From assembly GCF_963921235.1 (NCBI RefSeq), contig NC_086097.1, positions 51,524,001 to 51,588,000 of the forward strand: a stretch of 64,000 bases of DNA, given 5' to 3'. Made by a program: the position numbers and the translations under genes. Each line of letters begins with the position of its first letter. The stretch's first letter is position 1. The notes beneath the pieces were generated by a model, which was not told where the DNA came from, did no database searches, and was given only the letters and a program-made list of their open reading frames with translations. This document shows, piece after piece, positions 42,149 to 56,353 of the stretch. This DNA comes from Mobula hypostoma (Eukaryota).

Positions 42149-42439
42149 TCAGTCCTGAAGAGGGTCTTGGCCTAAAATGTCAACTGTTTATTCATTTTCC
42201 ATTGAGGGTGCCTGACCTGCTGAGTTCCTTCAGTATTTTGCATGTGTTGCTTTAGATTTCCAACATCTACAGACTTTCTCATGTTTAGGATAAATCAAGC
42301 GATTTGCTCTCTGCTGAGGGCTAGATCAAAATCATTTAGAACTGGTGATCCAGGAAAGTAGAAGAGGACCAGTTATGATCTCCAGAATGCCATCTCGCAT
42401 GCAAAGTGTGAATTCTAAACTAAATTTGAATCAGTGACA

Positions 42440-44556
42440 GGGCTTAAATGTCATCACTTCTACAAAGAAAAACCAAGCAACATAAATGGCAATGAGGATT
42501 CACTCCCAGATGAGCTCAATGCCTTTTATGCTCACTTTGGCCGACAGAACATGGAGGCTCCTTCATGAACTCCCACAGCCTCTGAAGACCCTCTGAGGCC
42601 GAAGTGGAAGCATCATCATTAAACTCCAAAATCTGAGCCTTGGCATCTCCCTGTGGAAATGGATTCTCAATTTCCTCACGAGCAAACTCCAGTTAGGATG
42701 GATTGGCAATACCATCTCCTCTGCACTCATGTGCAAATGCACAGGGGAATTTGTGCTTAACCTCCTACTCTACTCACTTTATACTTATGTGTGCCTAAGT
42801 ACAGCTCCAATCCCATAGTTAAGTTGGAAGGGAGATTGAAAATCTACTTGAGTGGTACCACAACAAAATCCTCTAATTTAGCATTGGAAATACCAAAGGA
42901 AGACACCAGAGGTCCACGAGAGTCTTCCTTAGGGGAATGGACACGGAGAATTTCAGTAGCTTTAAATTCCTTGGTGTTGTCAGATCAGAAGATCTGTCCT
43001 GGAATCAGCATGCAAGTGCCATCACTAAGAGGGCACAACGGCGCCTCCACTTTCTTAGAAGTTTGTGTACTTCCGGCATATCACCAAAACTTTAACAAAC
43101 CTCTACAGATTCATAGCAGAGTGTATTCTAAACACAAGAGATTCTGCAGATGCTGGATGCTGGAAGCCTGATGAAGGAATTAGGTCCAAAACATTATTTC
43201 CTTATTCCCCTCCATATATGTTGTGTGCCTAGCAGAGTTCCTCCAGCATTTTGTGTGTATGGTGGAGAGTATCCTAACTGGTTGCAACATGGACTGGTAT
43301 GGAAGCACCAACACCCACGAATGGAAAAAGCTGCAGAAAGTGGTGGATAGAGCTCAGTCTATCACAGGCAAACCCTTCCCAATACGAAGTACATTTACAA
43401 GGAGAGCTGCCACAGGAAAGCAGGATGCATCACCCAACAGCCCCACAATCAGGTCATATCCTCTTCTTGCAACTACCATCAGGCCAGAGCTAGGGAAGCC
43501 TCAAATTCCACACAATAGGCTCAGGAACAGTTACTAACCTACAACTATCAGGTTCCTGAACCAGCGAGGATAACTTCATTCAGCACTACTAAGAACTGAG
43601 GCACAGACTCACTTTCAAGGACTCTTTACAACTCATGTTCACAGTATTATTTTCATTTGTAGTTTCTCTTCTTTTTGTGCATTGCTTTTTTGTCAATCTT
43701 TGCATATTTTTAGATAAAATTCCATTATATTTCCTTTTCCCCGTAAATGCCCGCAAGAAAATGAATCTAAAGGTAGTTGTGATAGAGAGCACTGAGTAAA
43801 TGCGCTCCCTACACACACACACACACACAGCCTTGTCATTCTGCTGTCATTGCAGTGAGCGTACGCACTTCAGTGTCTTCCCCGTATATCCTCATAGTTG
43901 ACCCACTGCTTTCCCTCCGGATTGGTGCATGCGGTCAGAGTCAAACACTAAGGTGTGATTTGATTTTGTACTTGACTGCAAGTGTGCGATTGTGTTGAGC
44001 GTTCTGCTGCAGCTTCCTGGCAGTCATGTGGCCTCCACTGGATCCGAACCGGAGCTGCAGGGTTGGCTTTATGGTGCCCTTCCCCACCATACACGATGGA
44101 ATATTCCATTACTTTAGTAATGGGGATGTGTAGATGTTGTTTGTATACTGTATAAGGTAGATACTTCAGTTTATTTTGTAATATGGTTGTAACTACATAT
44201 GACGCACCCCACACTGTAGTCTTAAGTTAACTTTATTGGTAATTAAAAATGGTATGCGCCAGTGTCCAACGAAAAGGAGCTCTTATGCCTCAGTATGAGA
44301 GAGAAAGGTAGGGACTGTCAAGAGTTCACACTGGACAAAAAAACTCCAGAGCTATTAGTGTTTTCTTGTAGATATCATTTTGGAAATATTGGCATTTTGC
44401 TTTTCACTAATTTTTATGCACCTAATAAACACCCTTGCACTAAAGTGCAAAGTGTCTTCAGCCATTTTTTCTTTGGTCATAATCCATGTATCTAACAGTA
44501 GTATATAGTAACTATACACACTTTGATAATAAATTTACTTTGAATTTGAACTTGAA
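42440..44556 (+). mobile_element. Degenerate Rex1/Babar-like LINE with nested insertions
   Basis: SLPDELNAFYAHF, VESILTGCNMDWYGS, KKLQKVVDRAQSITG, RLRNSY; 3' UTR split by an LTR. Confidence 0.8.
43778..44497 (+). mobile_element. Solo LTR, 720 bp
   Basis: TGT...ACA termini, 5-bp TSD gtagt at 43773-43777 and 44498-44502, AATAAA at 44424; removing it restores the host LINE 3' UTR. Confidence 0.8.
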
Positions 44557-46756
44557 AGTAGATAGATAACCATGTTGTTTTTCACTTATTATTGCACTAA
44601 CACCAGCACTGCAATTTGACCTTTACAATCCAGCTAATGCGACACACTACAACTACCTCACCAACCTAAACTACTTAACAAAAATTACTTGGGAATTTAT
44701 CATGCTGATAACTTCAATCCTAATGACTAAATTGTGATTGTACCTTTTCTTTTCACAATAAGATCAGCTCCCAGTCTTTCAAAGTGTTCAACGGCTCCTC
44801 TAGCGGCAACTAAGTCATTCTAGGATTCAGCGTCATTTCAATTTTTTTTCATATTGTCATGTTTTGTTACACCATTAAGTCCATGCTAACTCCGGGCATT
44901 TCTGCCCAAATCCACCTCCTGCCCCCCCCCCATTTCCCTGTGACCTATTCTATACTACATTTAAACAAAATCACCCCAATTACTCTACTGACTTCCTACA
45001 CTCTAATTCACAGAAGCCAATTAACTGACCGGCATTCCTTTATGTAGGAGAAAAATACAGCTCTGAGGGAAACTTGTACAGCTACAAGGAGAGTGTACAC
45101 ACTCCACACAGACAGAACAAGGTTACTCGAATACTGAAGCTGTGTGGCAGCGTTAATCGTTGCACCACAGAGCCTTCCCATATCAGAAATAAAACTAATA
45201 AACCTCTTCTGAGCTCTCAAATACATGTACATCCCTCCTTAAGTAAGCTTATCGAAAGTAAAGGCAATAGTTCAGGTGCAGTCTCAGCAATGCCTTGTGT
45301 TGCTGCAGTAAGACATCTTTATCTTTACATTTCATCTCCTTTGCAATAAAGTATAGTACTTATTGAATAAAAACAATACAAACAGATTTAAAAAAAGAGT
45401 GGTGGGTGCCTGGAATGTGCTGCCTGGGATGTTGGTAAAGGGAATTTTAAGAGACGTTTAGATAGGCACGTGAATGAGGGGAATGGAAGGATATGGACAT
45501 TGTGCAGGCCGAAGAGATTAGTTTAGTTGGCCATTTGGTTGCTAATTTAATTGGGTTGGCACCACACTATGGGCCAAATGGCCAGTTCCTGTGCTGTATT
45601 GATCTATATATGTTCTATGTTCTATTTAGTTTTACAACTAATTGAAATATACTGAAGAAACCCATTTAAAAATTACATACCATATCAAAAACCAATTATA
45701 TCAACTAAACCAACTATATGTAAAAAAGATTTATTCAACATCTAATTTTCATGAATGAGCCAAAACTCAACTTGACAACTGCTAGGACTTTATCCAGTTA
45801 CATTTCAAAAATCCAAGTATCTGACTTTTCATTATCTTTACAGAATATGATTATTTTCAAAAGTGGATTTAACTTAAAATCAGAGCTAGCTAAAATAGTA
45901 CTTGAGAAAATAGTTGTCAATGAGTCCTCTTGGAAATCTGGCCATTCCAACTTGTGAGAAGTAACAGAAAGTGTTAAACCTTTTATGTTTGTCTCCTTCC
46001 TTTAGGGGGCACTATTGTAACACTACTGTACATCATTCATTGACTGCAGGGGAGACCTTTACGCTTTGACACTAGCACTAGAGAATTGCATTCCCAACTC
46101 TTCTTTCACCAAAGATTGTAACATTAGAGTGGTACCAGGGAGAAGGAAAATTATTTCCTCTTATGTTTAATCACGTTAAGCAATAACTTGAACTGTAATT
46201 AATGTTACAATCCAACATGTGTTTCTACTATTACACTGGTTTTGTTCAAGGTGATACTTCCTATCTGGTAGACAAGTAACTCAGACCTTATCAAACAAAG
46301 CCGAGCAATTTGACATGTATTTTCTTCAGTTCTTGTTTTCTGATCCATAGATAGCTTGACATGTTTTATAAAACCATAGAATGCTTGTTTTACAGATTTT
46401 TTTCCTGGACAAATTTCCTGCAGGTAGAAATAGTAGTCAAGTAGACCACAGCAAAATGAAGCCATACATAAATAGTAAATCTTAAAATGCATCTTCAGTT
46501 TTTTTCCCACTATTATGACTTAAAAATGAAATTTAAATTGTCAAGTGACCATGCATTCTCTCAATTTTTGCAAGTTCATGTGATAACAATTTAGAAATTA
46601 GTTCTGAGATTCTACTGAAGTATCTCAAACAAAAAGAAAGGTGTCAATGAACTAGCAATAGGAGGGACATAAATTAATTAGCAAATTTAAAGTCATGAAA
46701 TTAATGGGAATCTGATTACAAGTCTAGAAAAGAGAGAAAAAGCTGAGTGGGGAGAG

Positions 46757-46886
46757 CATAAACACAGAAGATTCTGCGAGTAACACCTAAACAGTCCTGA
46801 TGAAGGGTCTTGGTCAAAACATCGACTGTTTACTCACTTCCACAGAGGCTGCTTGTCCTGCTGAGCTCCTCCTACGTTTTGTGTGT
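46757..46886. mobile_element. Miniature Penelope-like insertion with inverted tail and 15-bp TSD
   Basis: gctgagtKgggagag duplicated at 46742-46756 and 46887-46901; decayed hammerhead cagtcctgatgaagggtcttggtcaaaacatcgactg. Confidence 0.75.
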
Positions 46887-48221
46887 GCTGAGTTGGGAGA
46901 GGTCACTTTTCAGCCCAGAGAAGAGTTCACTGTGATGATCCCATGAGTTTTAATTTAAAAAACTGCTTTCATTGTTGTGCAATAATTACATTTACTTGGA
47001 TACTTGAACAGCTGTGACCTACTGGGCTGGAATCTAATGCTGGAAGGTCCTGGACTTGAAACGTTCACTTTCTCCACAGTGTCTCCAATATTTTCTACTT
47101 ATATTTCTGATTTACAACATCTGAAGACTTTAAGGTTTTTATATTTTTAGGATACAAATTTTGGGGAGTAGAAGGTAAGATCAGAGGGTGGAGAGTATAA
47201 TGCTCCTTTGTCAGTAGTATCAAATATCCAAGAGTTTTTATAAGAACTCGACTGAGCATGCACCTCAGTTTTCATTATAACAAAAGCTACCAAGTACAAT
47301 CAATATGATTTGGTGATGGGAACTGGTGAGTTTTAAGGAACTTAATACTGAACCACATACTTTAACAAACATCCTATAGCATCATTGTAGATGGTATTGT
47401 GTTCAAATAGACACCAAAATTATTACTGATATGAATTTCAATTTGGAAAGAGATTCACAATTAAATAAAAAAGCTATCTGCATCTTACATCTTCATTAAG
47501 GATGACCTCCCATCTCAATTCCAATTACTACAACACACTCCATTCAAGTCTCACTTCCATAGTAATTACTAACCATTTCAATTTTCTGCCTACCTTTCTA
47601 ATATCCAGCTACTTCATTATGTGAGTAAGTGTCTGAAGCCAGTTAATTATTTTTACAATTTTCTTCTCAGAAAGTTGTTCTCAAGTTGATGAGCATACAT
47701 TGAAAGATCAGTTGTGCGTACTGCATACAAACCATTTATAATGAGGAATTTGAACTGCTTAGATTAACATGACAAAATCCTCTGCAAATTGCTTTTATGG
47801 CTTTAATAGATTACCTAAAAATAAAATGATTCAATACACGATTTACCAATAATCAACTGTAACATCTTTCAATTCATGAAAAGCGAGTGGATCAGAATAC
47901 ACCAGGAAGAACAACCAAGATTCTTGCTATCTGCATGAATTAATTTTATAGCTTCCAACTGATCTGTGAAGCTACCTTCAACCCTGAAACTCCAAATACT
48001 GCTGAATGCCATCAAAATCTTTGGAATCTTAGCATAATCGAGTCACACACTTGCCTACTACACTAGTTAACAGTGTTCACACCTTAAATATTCACTATAA
48101 TAATGTCTGCAATTTAGATTTAAATAATGATAAAATATTGTTGACCTCAGAAAACATTTAAAGAGATATGAGGGGTACAACTACTGCTTTGCTAATAAAA
48201 ACAAAAGTTACTGTAAATATT

Positions 48222-48854
48222 TGGTGATGTCTGTTATCTGTCAAGTAGGGGACCGTGCACAATTCTGATTTGATGCAGACGGACATGAGAGTACGGAGGA
48301 ACATCTGGAAAACTTCTGAAATGCCCGCTTCGCTGCCGCTGCTACTGTGTGGTAATCGGAATCTCCGGAGCTGAAGGCCCCGAAATCCTCGGCTTTGCGT
48401 GTTTCAGCAGCCGGGGCGAGGTCGAAGGCGCTCGGCAGAGGATGGTGCTCGGGAGGCTGTATCGGAGGGGCTGGTCGGAAGCTTGAAGTTTTTGGACGGA
48501 TGGACTCAGTGTCGGCTGTGGTCAGCTGCTTCCAAGGCATCGGCAAGTTGACGGTGCCTGGAGGTTTATGGCAGGGAGTTTCTCCCTTTTGCTGCCTGCT
48601 ATCAGGGACTCGGGAGTCGATCGACTCGGGGACTTTTGAGACTTTACTTACTGTGCCCATGGTTTGTTCTTCATCAAATTATGGTATTGCTTTGCACTGC
48701 TGTAACTATATGTTATAATTATGTGGTCCTGTCAGTGTTAGTCTTTGGTTTGGCCTGTTTTCTGTGATATCACTCCGGAGAAACACTGTATCACTTCTTA
48801 ATGCATGTATGCATTTCTAAATGACAATAAAAGAGGACTGAGTGTTCTCAATCT
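48222..48854 (+). mobile_element. Young CpG-rich non-coding retroposon (LINE 3' UTR or SINE-like)
   Basis: aatatt duplicated at 48216-48221 and 48855-48860; AATAAA plus atcta tail; same 3' end found inverted at 51245-51307. Confidence 0.65.
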
Positions 48855-49699
48855 AATATTCAGTAGATCTGGCAGCACGAGTGGTGAAAGAATCAATTAA
48901 CATTTCAGGTCAGGTGTGGAAAATTGAGAAAATGTATGCGTTGAATGAGGTGCAGGGCAGGAATTGTCTTGGTTGGGCAGGTGGCAAGATGCTTTTGGTG
49001 GTGTCCACTTTATAGATGAATGAAGGTGGTTAGGGAGAGAAAAGAAGAAAATACTGGAACTGCATATTGATGAATACAACAGTTGCTCGAAAACTGAAAC
49101 ACAAGAGGAGACACAAAAGAGGATGCTGGAAAACCCTACAAAATCAGGCAGCATCTGTGGAGAACGCTGTTGAGTTATAACCACAGGAGGATGACCTTAT
49201 ATTGGAACTGGTTAGTTCTGACAAACTGGAAAGGCTGCTTATGGGAAATGTTGAACTCAGTATTCAGTTCCAAGGGCTGTAACACACCTCAATGGAAAAT
49301 GAGGTGCTGTTCCTTCAGCTTACTTTGCATTTATTGCATCAGCACAGGAGGGTAATATCAGAACGTCTTACAGAAAGTATTTCTTACTTCTTACTGAGTT
49401 CCTTAGGATCAAAGTTTTGTGGAATCTGACAGGAAGTTAATGTGGGAACTTCAGACATTTGCATAGATGTACAGGTGCCCAGTAGGGTCAGCAGGTAGAT
49501 AATTTTCCTCTATTTAAACTTCTATATGCTCCCATTGCATGGATTCAATATTTTCAGTACCATTCTGAATATGGTACTTGAGGAAGATATTCCATAGACT
49601 CAACGGAATGGTGGAGTTAAAAACTTTAGAGAAGCTAAAAATTATTATTTGCAGTGGTTGGTGCATTCCCTAATCCAATGTATTTCCAGAAGTACACAG

Positions 49700-52600
49700 C
49701 ATTGACGTGTACATCAATATATATTGAAGGCATCTTGCCTACCCCCTGCAGCACCCATTGGAGGTGCTGCAGGTCAAGAATATTTAAGAGTGGCCGCAGG
49801 ACACCTTGGAGTGGGGAGGTTGAACAGCTTGTTGTTGAGTACATATCTGTACCAATCACATAGGTTAAATATAGGAATGAGGTCCTACAAGCTGAATAGC
49901 AGAAATTAGGTGCCAAGTTACAAAGTAGGACCTTGAAGACAGTCACCTCAGAAATACCCAAACAGGAAGATATTAGATAACTATGTATAGGAAGGATTCA
50001 GATTCCCAGGACTTTGGGACTAATTCCGGGGAAGGTAGGTGACACTGGAACCAGTTTTGGGAAAGGTATGTCTGGTACAAACTAGATGAGGTATGCCTGG
50101 TCACAACAAGTAGCAACGTTGTCATTTGGGGAGGATTTTGCAATTACTATCAGGGCAAACATAAACAGGCATGGCAGGGATGGTAACTTGGGCAGAAAGA
50201 TAAAGGACAAGGTAAGAAATGAAAGATAGCAAAAGCAGCAGCAAAAGTGGAAGGTGGGAAAAGGTGAGAGCCAAATAGAGTGCAAATAAAAGAGGACATA
50301 ATATTAAAAAAAAGTCTAAATGACTGTGCCTGATGTGTGGAGCATTCAGAGCAAGGCTGTAAAAAAGCAAAGTGCAAATAAATATAAACAGTTCTGATAC
50401 TATTGGTAATACAGAGGTATATCTGGAGGTGACCGATGCAAATTGATCATCCAGGTGTACTCAGTATTTAAGGACAGGAAAAACAAAGCAAAGGAGGTTG
50501 AATGGGGTTGTTAGTGAAGAAGGAAATCTTCATGTTGGAAAATGCATGGTCATGCACTTTGGTAGTAGAAATAAATGTGCAGACTATTTTCTAAATGGAG
50601 AATTCAGGAATTTGAGTTGCAAAGGGACTTGGGAGTCCTTGTGCAGAACACCCTGAAGGATACCTTGCAAGTTGAGTCAGTGATGAGGAAGGCAAATGCA
50701 ATGTTAGCATTCATTTCAAGAGGTCTAGAATACAAGAGCAAGGATGTGATGCTGAGGCTTTATGAGGCACTGGTGAGGCCTCAGCTTGAGTGTTGTGAAC
50801 AGTTTTGGGCCCCTCATCTTAGAAAAGTTGTCCTGGCATTGGAGAGGGTCCAGAGGAGGTTCACAAGGATGATTCCAGGAATGAAAGGGTTATCATACGA
50901 GGAAGATTTTTCGGCTCTGGGTCTGTATTCACTGGAATTCAGAAGAATGAAGGGAGGGTCTCATTGAAGCCTTTTGAATGTTGAAAGGCCTAGACAGAGT
51001 AGATGTGGAAAGGATGTTTCCCATGGTGGGAAGTTTAGGACAAGAGGGTACAGCCTCAGGATAGAGGGGCGCCCTTTCAAAACAGAGATGTGGAGAAATT
51101 TCTTTAGCCAAAGGGTGGTGAATTTGTGGAATTTGTGGTCACATGCAGCTGTGGAGGCCAGGTCGCTGGATGTATTTAAGGCAGAGATTGAAAGGTTCTT
51201 GATTGGACATAACGTCAAAGGTTACAGGGAGAAGGCCGCAAATTAGATTAGATTAGATTATGAGGACACTCAGTCCTCGTTTATTGTCACTTAGAAATGC
51301 ATGCATTAATTGGGGTTGAGGAGGAGGTAGAAAAAAAGATCAGCCTTGATTGAATGGCGGAGCAGACTCAATGGGCTTGATGGCCTAATTCTGCTCCTAT
51401 GTCTTATAGTCTTATAATAATTATAATAAGAATATTAAATAAGTAGTGCAGAATAGTGAGGTATGCTGCGTTGGACACTGTTGCAGGAGATTGCTCATCA
51501 GGAGAAGGCAGCAGGAGCCAAGGTCCTGGCACTATGAGTGGCTCTGCTGCACAAGAGGGTAGGAAAAGAATGGCAGAGCCATGGTGGTAAGGGATTCCAT
51601 GGTAAAGGGAGCAGACATGAACTTCTGTGGCCGCAAACTGGATTCCCAGTTGGTGTGTCGTCTCTCGACTGTAAGGGATTTGGAAGCAGCAGCAGTGCAT
51701 TCTAGAATGGGAGGATGAGCAGCCAGTTGTTGTGATAGGTACCAACAAGATAGGGGAAAGAGCAAAATGGGGAAAGAGCAAAATGAGGTCCTACAAGCAG
51801 AATTTAGGGAGCTAAATATAATCTGAAAGGTAATAATGTCACGATTGCTACTTGTGCCATGTGCTAATAAGTCGAAACAACAGAATAGTTAGGATCATTA
51901 TGTATCTTGAGCAGTGGTGGAAGAGAAAGGGTTTCATATTTTTGAAACATTGGAACTGGTTCTGGCCAAGGTGGGAATCCTTACAGACAAGATGGTCCAC
52001 ACTTGGTTAGGACTGGGATCAATGTCCTCGGGGATTGTTTGCTAGCCGTTGAGGAGGGTTTAAACTAATATGGCAGGGGAGGAAGAAAGAAGCAATTCAG
52101 CGACCAAAGCAAGGGTTATCATACGAGGAACATTTGATGGCTCTGGGTCTGTACTTGCAGGAATTTAGAAGGATGAGGGGCAGGCTCTCATTGAAACCTT
52201 TGAAATGTTGAAAGGCCTAGACAGAGCAGATGCGGAAAGGATACTTCCCATGGTGGGAGATTCTAGGATGAGAGAGCACAGCCTCAGGACAGAAGGGCAC
52301 CCTTTCAAAACAGATGTGGAGCAATTTCTTTGGCAAAAGGGTGGTGAATTTGTGGAAATTGTTGCCATATGCAGCTGTGGAGGCCAGGTTGTTGGGTGTA
52401 TTTGGTTGTTGAAGGAGTAGCGGACCGCACGACGCAATTTACATCGGTGGTGCGCAAATGAAACAGGTCAAAAGCTTTAAGTTCCTCGGAGTCAATATCA
52501 CAAGTGACCTGACTTGGTCCAACCAAGCAGAGTTCACTGCCAAGAAGGCCCACCAGCACATTTACTTCCTGAGAAAACTAAAGAAATTTGGCCTGTCCCC

Positions 52601-54660
52601 TGAAACCCTCACTAATTTTTATAGATGCACCGTAGAAAGCATTCTTCTAGGGTGCATCACAACCTGGTATGGAAGCTGTCCTGTCCAAGACTGAAAGAAG
52701 CTGCAGAAGATCGTGAACATAGCGCAGCACATCATACAAACCAATCTTCCGTCAGTGGACTCACTTTACACCGCACGCTGTCGGAGCAGTGCTGCCAGGA
52801 TAATCAAGGAGACGACCCACCCAGCCAACACACTTTTTGTCCCTCTTCCCTCCGGGAGAAGGTTCAGGAGCTTGAGGATTTGTACGGCCAGATTTGGCAA
52901 CAGCTTCTTTCCAACTGTTATAAGACTGCTGAACGGATCTTGACCCGGTTCTGGGCCGTACCCTCCAAATATCCGGATCAGCCTCTCAGTTTTTTTGCAC
53001 TACCTTACTTCCCATTTTTCTATTTATGATTTATAATTTAAATTTTTAATATTTACTAATTTTAACTATTTTTAATATTTAACATTTGTAATCCAGGGAG
53101 TGTGAAGCGCAGAACCAAATATCGCTGTGATGATTGTATGTTCTAGTACCAATTGTTTGGCGACAATAAAGTATACAGTATAAAGTATTTAAGGCAGAGA
53201 TGAATAGGTTCTTGATTGGGCATGGCATCAAAGGTTATGGGGAGAAGGCAGGGAACTGGGATTGAGGAGGAGATAGGAAAAAGGATCAACCATGATTGAA
53301 TGGTGGAACAGACTCGATGGGCCAGATGGCCTAATTCTGCTCCTATGTCATGTGGTCTTATGGAAATCATTGCAATTGCAAAGGTTTTCTGATTCGTCTC
53401 AGAAAATCATGAAACAGAATCTAATCGGTTGAAACTAAGAAATTAAGAAGAAGAAAACATTGGTGGGGCTTGACTACCGGTTCCCAAATAATCATGTAGA
53501 ATAGGGTTTCCCAACCTGCGGTCCATGGAGACCTCAGTTAACAGTAAGGATCAACGGCAGATAGAAGGTCAGAAACCACAGAAGTAGAAGATGGAATTTG
53601 TAAACAGAAAATCAGAGGCACATGCAAGAAGGGTACAGCTGAAGTCTCTGATGACTCCAATCTGCATGTAGATTGGTCAAATCAAACTACTAATAATATT
53701 GTGGTGGACAAATTCCTGGAGTTTGCATGCAATAGATTGTTTTTCCATTAAAATGTGCTGATGAATGAAAAACAGGTTATTCTGAACTGGATATTGCACA
53801 AGAACACCACCATCTTGTTATGTGGGATCATTTAGGGATGACAATACATGATAGAATTTTCTTTTAAGATGGAGAGTTAAGTATTAGAATCAGATTCCTC
53901 ATCCTCAACATAAAAGAACTACAAGGATATTAGGCAGGAATTGGTTATGAGGCACTATTTGGGAATGAAAGATAAGTGAACTTGACTAAATGTGTGATAA
54001 CAGACAGGCAAGGGCTTTATTTCAAAAAAAATGTATAGATGAATACAGCAATTATTCTTTCTAGCACAAAGGTTGTCAGGAAAGAGGGTCCAATCATCGG
54101 AAAATGACAGCTAGTATTAGATTCAGGGAAATAATATTGCAAGAAAAGGCCTACAGATTGGAAACATTTTAGAATTCAAATAAAAAGGCAAAAAGACAAA
54201 AAAAAAGGGGATGAGATAAGCTTGCAAAGAACTAACAAAAGACACAAAGGACAGTTTAGTGAATACAAATGTATGTCCCTAGTGACTAAATGCATAATTG
54301 GTTCTGTTTTTACACTGGAAGGCCTCCCTGTTAGAGAACGAAAGCTCTAGAGAAGGAGGAAATCAGTATTATTAAAAGAAAAAAGCTGGAAAATGAATAG
54401 GGCTAAAAGCCAACAAAAACTCAGGCCCTGATAATCCATATCGCAGGGTAATAACGATAGGAGTCTAGAAATACTGAATGCATCAGTGGTCATCCACCTG
54501 ATGTTTTGAAGCACTTCCTACAGATTGGAGGGTGGCACTATAGGAATATTTAAAAGCAGAAGGAAGTAAAAGGCTGGAAATTATAGATCAGTAAGCCTAA
54601 CATCACCAGTAGGGAAAGTGTAAGAATCCATGACAAAAACAGAACTTGGAAAGCATGTAT
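49700..54660 (+). mobile_element. Cluster of nested old and young CR1-type LINE pieces, including ORF1 esterase-like remnants
   Basis: DSMVKGADMNFCGRKLDSQLVC near 51590; RT ORFs 50575..50967 and 50974..51246; second 3' end at 52110-52403 and 53185-53365; decayed endonuclease/RT at 53400-54660. Confidence 0.8.
52404..53184 (+). mobile_element. Young Rex1/Babar-like LINE 3' part nested in a CR1 copy
   Basis: ORFs 52458..52694 and 52713..52943 (FKFLGVNITSDLTWS, FYRCTVESIL, NSFFPTVIRLLN); gtattt duplicated at 52398-52403 and 53185-53190. Confidence 0.9.
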
Positions 54661-56014
54661 TGGATTGGATACATTCAGTTAGTAGTGTTACATACCATAG
54701 GATATTTGTTCCCAATTAAAGCTGAACCTAAACTAAGAAAATCAATGTTCCTATTAAGACAAATTTGCTCCAAAAATTTTCTAAGAATCAAGATTTTAAC
54801 AGAATTATTTTTAACACCACACAACATTAAAAAAAATGGTAGCCTAACTTGAGATTCATCTCACTTTTTCTACCGTCCATGAATTTTTCATGCAATTCCA
54901 ACCACTTAGGTTATGCCTAGGAGCTTTAATTAAAAGAACCCAATTTCTTGCAATTATATCAATCTGCAAGTAATTGGATTGTGCAGAATAAATTTACATT
55001 TATTTAATAGTTGGCACATCAATATGAACCATATTATTCCTCAAGATAATACATTAACAATGAATGATGACTTGAAGATTATGAAGTAATTTCTGCATTT
55101 GTAACAGAAGATAAACTGCTCCTTAATCTCAGTTTGAGTTAACATAAAAGATGTTACCTAAATTGCAGATTTCTCAAAATACTCTTCACTTTGCATGACT
55201 ACTATGAAACAAAGCATGTTTGTATTAATCAGCTCCATACATTCAAACTATATGAATGGCAAACAAAATTTTCCAGATAATCAATTATTAAAATTTTACA
55301 TGCAATAATTTTAATAAATACAAAATAGTTTTGTATTCTCATTTTGCTTTGTTATACTTTTCACTGCTCATTTCTGATGGATAATCCAATTGATCCATTT
55401 GTGTAGATAAGCTATGAAATAACAACTGCTAACAAAGTTGTTTTACTGCAGACTACTACTGAATAAACTAGGAATGTCTGAAAGGCTATTACTAGCTTGA
55501 GCTTCCATTTGATCCTCAGAAACCAAAAGTCTTCATTATTTCTAAACCAGGTCACCTGCTAAATATTACAATTGTGTTGCAAAGCAAATCAATAAAGAAA
55601 TGCTGCATTACACTGTATACCGTTCTTTTGTGTGGGGGTGGGGTGGGGGGAGGGGTGGAAGAGGGCATTCGGAAAAAATAGATCAGATCATGAAAGGCTT
55701 GGATTAGTTGCAACAAATCTCTGGCTGAATAGAACAAGCAGGCTTTTAAAATTAAAGATCCAGCAAATGAGACAGAATATTGCTTTACTTCTGTAGCATT
55801 AAATAATCAGAGAGGCTGTAAATAATTTTCTCATACAGGTCTTGAAACTATTTCAATCTCATTCCCTAATGCTACAATTCTCACAATCCATCTGTGAACA
55901 CAGCTGCGAATCTACTGTATTTTGGTACAAAGTCAACAATAATTTCAAGGCTTTGTCACCAAACAAAGTAAATAAAATTGTAACTTCAGCATTCTCTCAT
56001 CTCCCACTTTATTT

Positions 56015-56353
56015 ATAGAAACATAGAAAACCTACAGCACAATACAGGCTCTTTGGCCCACAAAAATGAGCTGAACATGTCCTTACCTTAGAAATTACCC
56101 AGGGTTACCCATAGCCCTCTCTTTTTCTGAGCTCTATGTACCTTTTCAGGAGTCCTTTAAAAGACCCTATTGTATCGGCCCTACCACCGTTGCCGGCAGC
56201 CCATTCCACGAACTCACCACTCTCTGCATAAAAAAAACTTATTCCTGACATATCCTCTGTACCTACTTCCAAGCACCTTAAAACTGTGTCCTCTCGTGCT
56301 AGCCATTTCGGCCCTAGGAAAAAGCCTCTGACTATCCACACGATCAATGCCTC
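56015..56353 (-). mobile_element. CR1-type LINE 3' end, same family as 3911 and 13182
   Basis: High similarity to 3911-4245. Confidence 0.88.
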
